A stretch of 17,336 nucleotides of DNA. It comes from a bacterium. Lineage in GTDB: Bacteria > Zhuqueibacterota > Zhuqueibacteria > Oceanimicrobiales > Oceanimicrobiaceae. A program made the translations under genes and the position numbers. Numbering within the stretch: position 1 is the first letter of the stretch; the number at the start of each line of letters is the position of its first letter. Below, in pieces: positions 1 through 8,354 of this stretch. The DNA lies in assembly GCA_046758365.1 (NCBI GenBank), contig JBHIAC010000063.1:1-17336 (forward strand), in the 5' to 3' direction. The notes under the pieces are model-generated. The model saw only the letters and a list, made by a program, of their open reading frames with translations, searched no databases and had not been told where the DNA came from.

Positions 1-72
1 TTTGGAATTGGCCCGCAGCTCGTCAGCGGCACTCCAGAGTTGTTTTTCAATTTCGTTGTAATTGGCAGGCAT
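1..72 (-). CDS. hsdM: Type I restriction-modification system methyltransferase (M subunit), 5' end only, truncated by window edge
   Basis: Reverse-strand translation from ATG at 72: MPANYNEIEKQLWSAADELRANSK. The LW.AAD.LR.(NS) segment is the typical start of the HsdM N-terminal domain. Not in the ORF track because it is truncated. Confidence 0.85.
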   Translation of the reverse strand, partial: MPANYNEIEKQLWSAADELRANSK

Positions 73-191
73 TATTTAGACCTTTTAATTCTTATTAATA
101 AGTTACATGGACTCATCAAAGGACCAGACAACAAAAATGGAAAGAAAGTCAGTTTTTATCTGCTGCGACTACTCCGTCTTAAGAGTATTAA

Positions 192-220
192 AATATATAC
201 ATGTAAATAATTTATTGCAA
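192..220 (-). promoter_or_regulatory. Putative sigma70 promoter for hsdM
   Basis: Minus strand TTGCAA-N17-TATATT, about 120 nt upstream of the hsdM ATG. AT-rich context lowers specificity. Confidence 0.5.
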
Positions 221-312
221 GAAAATTTTCAATGACAAGAAACCTGGAGGTCAACCGAAATCTCGAGCAGGGTGACCGCAATTTTTACAATTCTCCTCTG
301 CACCAATCGCTC

Positions 313-359
313 GCTGGGGATTTAAGCCCACATGCTGAGCCTGCCAAAGAATCCCCAGC
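313..359. repeat. Inverted repeat (REP-like hairpin)
   Basis: GCTGGGGATT (313-322) and AATCCCCAGC (350-359) are perfect 10-bp reverse complements with a 27-nt spacer. Confidence 0.7.
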
Positions 360-365
360 AGAATT

Positions 366-441
366 AATTCACCCTGTGAGATAGGACAATTGATTATATC
401 TTCAAAGATCCTAAATCAGAAATTATCTCACGGGGTAAATT
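366..441. repeat. Long imperfect inverted repeat (REP/MITE-like stem-loop), directly downstream of the permease remnant
   Basis: AATTCACCCTGTGAGATA (366-383) and TATCTCACGGGGTAAATT (424-441) are 16/18 complementary. Inner pairing TGATT..ATCT-tcaa-AGAT..AATCA is also possible. Confidence 0.75.
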
Positions 442-449
442 TGGGTAGG

Positions 450-1076
450 TTAAATTTTCCTTTTCCAATAAAAATAAGCCGGCAGGCCCAACAAAATAAT
501 CCCGGCACCAATGGCTGAACCTCTGGGATCGTGGATTATAGTGTTAACCACCAGCCAAACCGAAAAGAGAATAAACACCCATGGGGCAAAAGGATAGCCC
601 CAGGTTTTGTAGGGTCGATTCATATCAGCAGCATTTTTGCGCAAAATTAATACAGCACCACAAGACATGGCATAAAAGTTGATTAAAATATAAATAACAA
701 TCATGATGAGCGTGGAAAGGAATAAAGATAGAGGAATATTCCTTTGCGGATATTTGACCTCTCCCGCGACATACGTGATTTCAATCCAGCCATCATAGGA
801 CCAAAGGACTGCCACCATAGCCAAACCCAAAGGCCCCGCCAGCTTCGAAAAAGATTCGGTAGGGAAAACAGGAGAAAAGTTAGACCATGAGCCTCCCCTA
901 AGGACAAAACTTAATATAATGAGGGTCAAAAGGGCGCCTATTTTTAATAAGGTAAAGCCATTTTGGGTCCACGCTCCAAATTTAATTCCAAAGCAGTTGA
1001 TGGCGGTGAGAAAAAGTATGGAAACAATGGCAATTTGGGTATTTTCCTGTTTTGTATTATGCGGTGTAGAGGACAT
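450..1076 (-). pseudogene. APC-family amino acid permease, internally deleted remnant (still an open frame, 208 aa)
   Basis: APC motifs present: LTAINCFGIKFG..TQN.FT.LK, LWSYDGW...YVAGEVKYPQRNIP, LRK.....RPYKTWGYP. It is about half the usual ~440-aa length: the N-terminal TM helices are missing after residue ~14, and IYILIN is joined directly to FYAMSCGAVLILRK. Confidence 0.75.
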
Positions 1077-1257
1077 TTAGAAGATAACTTAGTGTTTCAG
1101 ATGTCTTTTTTAGTGGGCTTCTCTCGTTTTATAGTCAGATTCAGGTTGAACATCTTATTATTGTTTTGCAATTTCCATCACAGCCTATTAAGAACGCATC
1201 TGTTTTTACTCCAGTAGTCCGTCACGTTCTGTCTCTTTGAGAAGACATTGGAAATGA

Positions 1258-2208
1258 TTATAACAGAGATTTAAGTAAACTGAAATCAATATTTCCGCCG
1301 GTCAACACAACCACGATTTTTCTATCTTTTAAATCTTTTATCTTTTTAGTAAGTACCCCGGCTAATGCTGTTGCACCCGCTGGTTCGACCACTAACTTTG
1401 CTCTTTCAATTAACAAGTAGATCGCCTGTTTGATCTCATCGTCAGAAATCAGAATTATCTCATCAACGAATTGCTTTATGAATTCTAAGGCTTGCTCGTT
1501 GGCTTTTTTCACAGCTAAGCCATCTGCGATTGTTTCAACTTTTTCCAGTTCCACTATTTCCCCTTTTTGCAGGGATTGGTATACAGCATTGGCACCGTTT
1601 GGCTGTACACCATAAATTTTCACATCGGACTTTAAATTTTTAGTCCCAATTGCTATACCGGATATCAATGCTCCACCGCCAATGGGGACAACTATTGCTT
1701 CTGTATCGGGTTTTTCTTCGATTATTTCAACACCAATAGTGGCTGACCCCGTTATCATATTGATGTTGCTAAATGGATTGATATAAACATAACCTTCTTT
1801 CTTGTGCATTTCATAAGCTTTTTCTAAAAGTTCCTGGGAATCTTTTCCGTGGATAATGACCTCTGCACCATATCCTTTTGTGGCTTCTACTTTTATTCTA
1901 TTGGCCCATTCAGGTAAGATTACCACGGCTTTGATGTTTAACATCGAGGCACCATAGGCAACCCCCTGGGCCCAGTTGCCTGCTGAAAATGTAATGACGC
2001 CTCTTTTCTTCTCTTCATCAGACATTCTGCTCAACATCGTATAAGCGCCTCTGATCTTGAAGGAGCCGTTCTTTTGCAAGCATTCGGGCTTCAGGTAGAT
2101 TCTATTGCCGGTCATTTCCGAAAATGTCTGTGAAAACTGAAGCGGTGTTTTATTGATAATTTTTAATAAATTTTCTTTTGCATCGAGAATGCTTTGTAGA
2201 GGAATCAT
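1258..2208 (-). CDS. Threonine/serine dehydratase-family PLP enzyme (fold type II, no ACT regulatory domain)
   Basis: KPECLQKNGSFKIRGA (PLP lysine), SAGNW, PIGGGALISG glycine loop, TIADGLAV, VVEPAGA, LTGGN. AGGAG RBS upstream of the ATG. Confidence 0.92.
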   Translation of the reverse strand: MIPLQSILDAKENLLKIINKTPLQFSQTFSEMTGNRIYLKPECLQKNGSFKIRGAYTMLSRMSDEEKKRGVITFSAGNWAQGVAYGASMLNIKAVVILPEWANRIKVEATKGYGAEVIIHGKDSQELLEKAYEMHKKEGYVYINPFSNINMITGSATIGVEIIEEKPDTEAIVVPIGGGALISGIAIGTKNLKSDVKIYGVQPNGANAVYQSLQKGEIVELEKVETIADGLAVKKANEQALEFIKQFVDEIILISDDEIKQAIYLLIERAKLVVEPAGATALAGVLTKKIKDLKDRKIVVVLTGGNIDFSLLKSLL

Positions 2209-2306
2209 AATCTTTATCTCCTAAAATTGTTATTTAGTGGCTGTTAATAGAAATCAGGTGCACTTTTAGATCTTTAAAGCTTCATGTTCTGACTGTAACG
2301 GTTGAT

Positions 2307-2335
2307 AAAATACACCATTAAAAACATAAATGCAA
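2307..2335 (-). promoter_or_regulatory. Putative sigma70 promoter for the 1258..2208 gene
   Basis: Minus strand TTGCAT-N17-TATTTT, about 100 nt upstream of the ATG. Confidence 0.4.
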
Positions 2336-2525
2336 GTATGATTAACGCAATACTGACGATTAACCATGATATAATATATTATTCTTTACAATTTCAATTT
2401 TGTTAAAAATTACTTGTTTTTTTAGAGTAAAAAAGTTAATTTTTCAACATTTCACACAAAAAAACCACGTAACCCATCCATGGCTTTAACTCGGTGAATA
2501 TCAGGAAGGCAAATTTTTATTATAT

Positions 2526-3497
2526 ATGAATACGCTTCGACCATCCCGCGAACAAACAATTTCTGCAGCTCACGTCATAGCGAAACATCTACAACCAACC
2601 TCCTTAAAATTAGAGACCACTCTAAGGGATTACATAGGTGCTGAAATTTATGTGAAATATGAATTTCAAAATCCTGTGCGATCCTTTAAAATTCGAGGGG
2701 CGTTGAATTTAGTTCATGAGCTTGTTTCTAGCGGAAATGTTTCAAGAGTTATTACGGCTTCCACAGGTAACCATGGGGCCGGAATGGCGTATGCCTGCCA
2801 ACAATTTAAAATGCCGCTAACCGTTGGCGTCCCGGTTGGTTCAAATTACTGTAAAGTAAACTTGATACGACAATTTGATGCTAAGTTAGAATTTATCGGT
2901 CGGGATCTAGATGAAACCAAGGAGCTTCTTCTTAAACGTCCTTTAACCCCTGGTGATATTTTTATTGAAGATGGTTCCTCTCCCCAAATCGTTGCTGGCA
3001 CTTCTACTATTGGCTGTGAAATCGTACAGGCTTTACCTGATTTGGAAATGATCTTTGTCCCGGTTGGCAACGGGGCCTTAATTGGTGGGATCGGGACTGT
3101 ACTCAAAGAATTTAACCCTGCCATTAAAGTCATAGGAGTACAATCTGATCAAGCCTCTTGTATGGCTCTATCTTTTAAAGCTAAACGCCCGGTGAATACA
3201 ACAAGCTGCAATACTTTTGCTTCAGGGATAGCTGTGCGGGTTGCGATTCCAGAAGCTGTGAATTTAATGCTTGAAGTTGTGGATGATTTCTTATTGGTAA
3301 CAGAGACAGCTTTGAAGCAGGCCATGGGTTTATTTTATCGCTTGACTGGACACTTGCTTGAGGGGGCCGGCGCGGCAGCTTTGGCCGGAGCCTTGCAGGT
3401 GCGCCACATCATTCAAAATAAAAACGTTTGTATAATTGCCTCTGGTGCTAATGTCGATGAAGCATTAAAAAAAGAAATTATGGAAAAGTTTGTATGA
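2526..3497 (+). CDS. Second threonine/serine dehydratase-family PLP enzyme (no ACT domain)
   Basis: KYEFQNPVRSFKIRGA (PLP lysine), TASTGNHG, PVGNGALIGG, TFASGIAVR, LEGAGAAALA, SGAN. Confidence 0.9.
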   Translation: MNTLRPSREQTISAAHVIAKHLQPTSLKLETTLRDYIGAEIYVKYEFQNPVRSFKIRGALNLVHELVSSGNVSRVITASTGNHGAGMAYACQQFKMPLTVGVPVGSNYCKVNLIRQFDAKLEFIGRDLDETKELLLKRPLTPGDIFIEDGSSPQIVAGTSTIGCEIVQALPDLEMIFVPVGNGALIGGIGTVLKEFNPAIKVIGVQSDQASCMALSFKAKRPVNTTSCNTFASGIAVRVAIPEAVNLMLEVVDDFLLVTETALKQAMGLFYRLTGHLLEGAGAAALAGALQVRHIIQNKNVCIIASGANVDEALKKEIMEKFV

Positions 3498-3692
3498 GAG
3501 TTGGTTGCTCAATAATATTAAGTTGTAAATATTGATGTTAGTTTGGTTAATGTTGAGATAACCCTGTTTTTGCACCAACGTCATTTAATTACAACCGATT
3601 CTCCCTTCTAAATACTAATTCTAAATTCTTCCCTCTCAATATAATTCCAAAATTCATATTAAGCACATTTTTTGATTTAATTGGCTAAACAC

Positions 3693-3720
3693 TAAACTTT
3701 TTCCTATAAGCCTCCGATAG
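3693..3720 (+). promoter_or_regulatory. Putative sigma28 (FliA/SigD)-type promoter for the 3767 gene
   Basis: TAAA-N16-TCCGATAG versus consensus TAAA-N15/16-GCCGATAA, 46 nt upstream of the ATG. Confidence 0.5.
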
Positions 3721-3766
3721 CAATTGAAATGTTAAGAAGAATTGGTATAGACAAATATAATTCAAA

Positions 3767-4234
3767 ATGATTGGTCTTATTTCTGGTCTTATTGTGTTTA
3801 TTATAGGAATGGTTAATTGTAGTGAAGTTTATTCTCAAGAAATAACAAAATCAGTTGAAATGGAAAGAGGTTCAATCGTACAATCAACTGAAATTAAAGA
3901 ACAAATAAGTGGTAAAAAATTAAAAAGAAAAGATTGGTTTTACACTGGTCTGGAAATTAATTATGTAATGCTAAATGCATTGGACTTAATATCTACATTT
4001 TATGTGTTAGAGAAGGGAGCAAAAGAAGCTAATCCAATCGCAAGATTATATATTAAAAATAAGCCTTTAGCGGTATTAATAAAAGGCAGCGTTACAGCAG
4101 GAGTATTATATGGATTAACTCATGTCAAGTGTGAAGACAATAAAGTAGCTTATATAACACTTGGACTTTTAAATATTTTTTATGGATTCGTTGTTCAGAA
4201 TAATATTGGAGTTTATTTGCAGTTTAGAAAATAA
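3767..4234 (+). CDS. Hypothetical membrane protein, DUF5658-like
   Basis: N-terminal hydrophobic/signal segment. LNALDLIST...L..G..EANPIA..Y motif followed by helices containing ..LIK.., as I recall for DUF5658 proteins. Visibly more AT-rich than neighbouring genes. Confidence 0.65.
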   Translation: MIGLISGLIVFIIGMVNCSEVYSQEITKSVEMERGSIVQSTEIKEQISGKKLKRKDWFYTGLEINYVMLNALDLISTFYVLEKGAKEANPIARLYIKNKPLAVLIKGSVTAGVLYGLTHVKCEDNKVAYITLGLLNIFYGFVVQNNIGVYLQFRK

Positions 4235-4346
4235 TAAGTGATTCATAATTATTAAGTAATGTATAAATTTTTATATTTTTAAAAGTTCTTCCATTTGCTT
4301 CACCCCAATTTTTTGTTACTCCTCAGAACCATTTCTTATCCTTTTC

Positions 4347-4375
4347 TTGATTGTCCAGTTTATTTTTTGTAAAAT
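4347..4375 (+). promoter_or_regulatory. Sigma70-like promoter match with no obvious downstream gene
   Basis: TTGATT-N17-TAAAAT. Confidence 0.35.
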
Positions 4376-4643
4376 TGAAAAAATAATAATAATCACATAT
4401 CGATTTAAATGAAAGATAATTGAAAATTAAGTGAAGTTTTGAGGGTAAATCAAACTCAGTGCACGGTATGCTAAACACCGTTTTGTTGACAGAGCTCTTG
4501 TTTTTTGGGATTGATTTTGTGCTATTTCTTAGCTATTTTTAAATTTGAAGATTACGTACTCCCAAACCCTGCCGCAAGTGAAAACGATAGACGTTATTGG
4601 TCACGAAGTTTAAAAATATGATCGACAAAGTTGGATTTTTTGT

Positions 4644-5321
4644 TTACGGCAGCATTTGAATATATCTTTTTTTCATAGAATAGCCCAGTGCTCTAAATTG
4701 TCTAATTTCATTTACACGATATTTAGGAGACAATCCATCTAAAAATCGTGTATATTTTTCCCCTAACCAGTTAGTCTCAAAATAGCGGTTAGCTAAATTG
4801 AGATTGTGATAGGAAAAGTCGCTGCGTTCAAAAAGGTGATGGCGTAACCAAAGCCGATCAAATTTTTCCAACTGCTTGGATTGATTAAAATAGGCGACAA
4901 AGAATTTTAGAATTTGATAGGAATCTATTTTGGCCAGGAGTTCTAAGTCCCGGATAAATTCCTCATTTTGAATGTCTTTTTCCCCTGATAGAAATTTTAA
5001 GGCCGCATGGATGGCATGGTTCAATTCTTCTATAAAAACCACAAAGGGATAAATATTTTTATCACTTAAACCTTTGCGCGGGTCATTTTTCTCCAAAATT
5101 GAAATCATCGCATCAGAATAATAGATAGCCATATATAGCCTTCCTTCTACCACTCGAAAAAAAATTCTTGCTAATTGGGAAAGTTCTCTGATCTCTTCAG
5201 AACATATTTGGGCAAGATCCAAAAACCGCCGCTTTCCAATAATGAATTGTTCCAGATTTATACCGCTAAACTTCTTATAAGTGTGTTCTGTGATTTGTTG
5301 GATTTCTCTTAATAGAGACAT
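4644..5321 (-). CDS. Conserved hypothetical protein (225 aa), possible degenerate zincin-like motif
   Basis: Clean ORF with ATG 6 nt after the upstream gene's stop. Contains FIEELNHAIH and a downstream LELLAKIDSY. No TM segments evident. Confidence 0.8.
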   Translation of the reverse strand: MSLLREIQQITEHTYKKFSGINLEQFIIGKRRFLDLAQICSEEIRELSQLARIFFRVVEGRLYMAIYYSDAMISILEKNDPRKGLSDKNIYPFVVFIEELNHAIHAALKFLSGEKDIQNEEFIRDLELLAKIDSYQILKFFVAYFNQSKQLEKFDRLWLRHHLFERSDFSYHNLNLANRYFETNWLGEKYTRFLDGLSPKYRVNEIRQFRALGYSMKKRYIQMLP

Positions 5322-5327
5322 AGTTCG

Positions 5328-6074
5328 TCAGGCATTGAAATTTCTATTATCTATTTTTCCAAAGAAAATTTGCCGAAGCATTTTATCCATATTTTCTGGT
5401 CGCTCGTCAATAACCATATATTTATCTGTTAAAGTGTTTAAAGCAATCCGAACGGGGCGGAAATGTTGAGCTAATTTTGCCATAATTTCAACCAAACTAT
5501 ATTTTAGGGCCAATTTATGTTTAGAAGCCCAACGATAACTTCTACTGCCCATTTTTTCATAATAGTCAAATCCTGGTGCTTTTCTACCGTAGGTGGATTT
5601 GCGATACACATAATCCGGGAAGATACCTGTTAGAAAGAGGGCGTAATTACCGATATGGCTTCGAATAAGGAAAGCTTCCCATGAGGACGTATCGACAAAA
5701 TCCATCATCATATCAACAAGATAATGGTAGGTCTTGGTGTGAAAATTCGAAATGCTGTAAGTTCGCCTGACGCTGCAAAACTCTGCTAGCATAGATGCCA
5801 CGTAATCGGCCATGCTCCGGTCCATGAGTTTATGTTCCAAAAACACCCGCCGGGTTAAAATGTAAAAATAGAGGTAAGGTGAAATTTTCGAAAAACCAGT
5901 TCTTTTAATGACTTTTTGAAATAGTAATTCAGTATCCAATATTTCATCCCGAGTTTGTTCATCGGTTAGTAAGTCTGTTAGAGCCAGCTTGTTTTTCTTG
6001 TCCTCTGCCAGCGAATCGACAATAAAAGTAAAATCCTCAACAGTAAATTTTTCCCGGCAATTAGCTCTTATCAC
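5328..6074 (-). CDS. Conserved hypothetical protein (248 aa), predicted helical cytoplasmic protein
   Basis: GTG start with strong RBS AAAAGGTGGTG upstream. Motif-like segments ADYVASMLAEF, YLVDM, HIGNYALFLTGIFPD and DYYEKMGSRSY. Confidence 0.85.
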   Translation of the reverse strand: MIRANCREKFTVEDFTFIVDSLAEDKKNKLALTDLLTDEQTRDEILDTELLFQKVIKRTGFSKISPYLYFYILTRRVFLEHKLMDRSMADYVASMLAEFCSVRRTYSISNFHTKTYHYLVDMMMDFVDTSSWEAFLIRSHIGNYALFLTGIFPDYVYRKSTYGRKAPGFDYYEKMGSRSYRWASKHKLALKYSLVEIMAKLAQHFRPVRIALNTLTDKYMVIDERPENMDKMLRQIFFGKIDNRNFNA

Positions 6075-6204
6075 TTAAATCACCACCTTTTCGTTCTATG
6101 TTTGGTAATTTTTTATTGCCATTTCTATTCTTTAAACAAAGGGTTAAAAGTAGATATTGCAAACCTTTTAGCCGTTCGTTCACTTGTAATTATCTTTATT
6201 TATA

Positions 6205-6231
6205 TTATCGACAATTTTGAAATGAGCTTTC
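6205..6231 (-). promoter_or_regulatory. Putative sigma28-type promoter for the 6074/5321 gene pair
   Basis: Minus strand GAAA-N15-GTCGATAA (one mismatch in each box), about 130 nt upstream of the GTG. Confidence 0.5.
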
Positions 6232-6349
6232 TACAAATTTAAACTCAAAAACTCTTGAATGGAGAAAATTATTTCTATAAAAGCTGAGCTTACCGCTTTA
6301 GTTCTAATAAAAATATAGAGATGGCGAACTTTTATTTCAAAAAATGCGC

Positions 6350-6378
6350 TTGACTTTTCTTATGCATATAGCTATATT
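6350..6378 (+). promoter_or_regulatory. Putative sigma70 promoter for the flippase / glycan locus
   Basis: TTGACT-N17-TATATT, 79 nt upstream of the ATG at 6458. Confidence 0.65.
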
Positions 6379-6457
6379 AAAACGCTTGAAGAACTTATGA
6401 TCTGCGGAATGAATCCGAAATCTAAAGCTATTACAAATATTATCAAACACATTTCTA

Positions 6458-7918
6458 ATGCTCAATAGCCTCAAACGTCTCACCAAGCATTCTGCGATAT
6501 ACGGCATTGGACACATTTTGACGCGCTCAATAGGATTTTTACTCCTTCCTCTTCACACCAACCAACTTCCAACCGATCAATATGGAGTTGCAGGCGTGGT
6601 TTTTACATTTTTGGCCTTACTGGTCATTGTTTATACTTACGGAATTGATGCTGCTTTTCTTCGCTATTTTATTTTAAGCAATGATCCCAAAAAACGACGA
6701 CAAATATTTAGTACTGCTTTTTGGGCTGTGTTTGTTTCTGCTTGCGTTTTTTCAATATTAATTTATTTATTTGCATTAAAAATTTCAAGGATAATTATTT
6801 CTGAAGGAGATTTTAGCCAAATTGTTCGTTTAACCAGCCTCATTCTTTTATTTGACTCGCTGGCTTTTTTACCGTTTTTATTTTTACGGGCCGAAGAAAA
6901 ATCTATACCATTTGTAGCTTTAAAATTTATCAATATAATTATTAATGTAAGTTTAAATGTATTATTTATTGTTGTTTTGAAAAAAGGGGTTGAGGGAATA
7001 TTTTTAGCTAATGTCTGGGCATCGGGGATTACATTTATTTTAATGGTGCCTATTCTTCTTAAGCAAATTTCATTAGATTTTTATTGGAGTGATTTTAAAG
7101 AGCTGCTCCAATTTGGTCTGCCTTATCTTCCGTCTACATTGGCGGTAGTGGCGCTGGATTTGATTGACCGATTTATTTTAGAAAAAATGGCTGGTCTGGA
7201 GGTGACAGGCATTTACAATGCTGGTTACAAGTTAGGAATATTTATGAATTTGTTTGTAAGTGCTTTTCGTTTTGCCTGGCATCCATTTTTTCTTTCGACC
7301 TCAAAACAGGAAAATGCTAAGGAAATATTTTCAAAAGTTTTGACCTATTTCACTACATTAGGAACTGGGATTTTTTTGATTATTTCATTTTTTATTGATG
7401 AAATTGTACGACTAAAAATTTTTGGATTCACCCTATTTGGTTCCGATTATTGGGCAGGCACACAAGTGGTGCCAATTATCCTCTTATCCTATCTTTTTTA
7501 CGGGATGTATGTTAATTTCATAGTTGGGATTTATTTGGAAAAGAAAACCCATTACCTGCCATTTATTACAGGTACAGGTGCGTTCGTTAATATCGTAGCC
7601 AATATTTTACTAATCCCACGATTTGGTATGATGGGTTCTGCCTATGCCACTCTTTTGGGTTATGCAGTGATGGCGGTTTCTCTATACTTTTTCGCTCAAA
7701 GATATTATGCCATTCGATATGAATTTGGACGATTAATAAAATTGGTTGCGGTTTTGGCAGTAATTTTTTATTTTGGTAATTACTTTCAAGGGTCTTGGGA
7801 GGTTTTTATTAAATTTGCTCTTCTTTTAGGGTTTCCAATACTTCTTTTTTTAACTGGATTTTTTGAGAAAAAGGAAGTAGATACCTTGAAAGGGTTGCTA
7901 CGAAGGACTATCTTTTAG
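6458..7918 (+). CDS. Oligosaccharide/polysaccharide flippase (Wzx / MOP-PST family)
   Basis: 486 aa with about 12-14 hydrophobic helices. LKRLTKHSAIYG....R.IGFLLLP...QYG start, LLQFGLP, IDRFIL....G....GIY.AGYK, ANILLIPRFGMMGSAYAT. Confidence 0.9.
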   Translation: MLNSLKRLTKHSAIYGIGHILTRSIGFLLLPLHTNQLPTDQYGVAGVVFTFLALLVIVYTYGIDAAFLRYFILSNDPKKRRQIFSTAFWAVFVSACVFSILIYLFALKISRIIISEGDFSQIVRLTSLILLFDSLAFLPFLFLRAEEKSIPFVALKFINIIINVSLNVLFIVVLKKGVEGIFLANVWASGITFILMVPILLKQISLDFYWSDFKELLQFGLPYLPSTLAVVALDLIDRFILEKMAGLEVTGIYNAGYKLGIFMNLFVSAFRFAWHPFFLSTSKQENAKEIFSKVLTYFTTLGTGIFLIISFFIDEIVRLKIFGFTLFGSDYWAGTQVVPIILLSYLFYGMYVNFIVGIYLEKKTHYLPFITGTGAFVNIVANILLIPRFGMMGSAYATLLGYAVMAVSLYFFAQRYYAIRYEFGRLIKLVAVLAVIFYFGNYFQGSWEVFIKFALLLGFPILLFLTGFFEKKEVDTLKGLLRRTIF

Positions 7919-7977
7919 GTTTATGAAGAGGCTTATTTAGATATATAAAAGTCGGTTCAAAGCGTTTTAATCTTAAA

Positions 7978-8046
7978 ATGGATTTAAACAAATTATGGAA
8001 AGAAGGAAAAAGAGAAGATATAAGTAAACAAGAGGAGTTATTCTAA
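7978..8046 (+). pseudogene. 3' remnant of a lost gene that was translationally coupled to the MNT gene (possibly a DUF1156 methylase C-terminus)
   Basis: Reads MDLNKLWKEGKREDISKQEELF*; its TAA overlaps the MNT ATG (TAATG). LW..GK.E and a terminal Q..LF resemble DUF1156 C-termini from memory only. Confidence 0.3.
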
Positions 8047-8354
8047 TGGATGAGTGTCTGCGGGAGATAATCAAAAGAATCGTGGAGGAAGTAACTCCTG
8101 ATAAAATCATTCTCTTTGGCTCAAGAGCCAAAGGTGAGACCACAAAATGGAGTGATTACGATCTTTGTATATTGAAAAAAGATGTCAAGAATGAAAGCGA
8201 GCTGACTAAGAAGATTTACCGCAAACTATTTGGTGTAGGGGCATCCGTAGATGTCATTGTAGAAACTCCTGATAAATTTGACCATTTGAAAGATAAGTGG
8301 TTTTTGATCTATCGTGAAATTGCAAAGTTCGGAAGGGTAGTGTATGAAAAATAA
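8046..8354 (+). CDS. Minimal nucleotidyltransferase (MNT / MntA-like antitoxin)
   Basis: IILFGSRAKG.....SDYDL (GS + DxD motif), third acidic residue in VDVIV, C-terminal EI.K.G.VVY. GAGGAG RBS upstream. Confidence 0.9.
   Translation: MDECLREIIKRIVEEVTPDKIILFGSRAKGETTKWSDYDLCILKKDVKNESELTKKIYRKLFGVGASVDVIVETPDKFDHLKDKWFLIYREIAKFGRVVYEK

Noticed and set aside
701..3133. Short track ORFs 701..907, 963..1217, 1430..1615 and 2846..3133
   Set aside because: They overlap better-supported genes in another frame or on the opposite strand, and show no recognisable motifs.
3570..4605. AACGTC-containing segments flanking the DUF5658-like gene (near 3575 plus, near 4595 minus) as integron attC-like half sites
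   Set aside because: No proper RYYYAAC...GTTRRRY pair or full hairpin could be found, and there is no integrase in the window.
6157..6174. Possible sigma54 promoter (minus strand CGGC-TAAAAGGTTT-GCA) upstream of the unknown gene pair
   Set aside because: The GG-to-GC spacing is 11 nt, whereas sigma54 requires 10.
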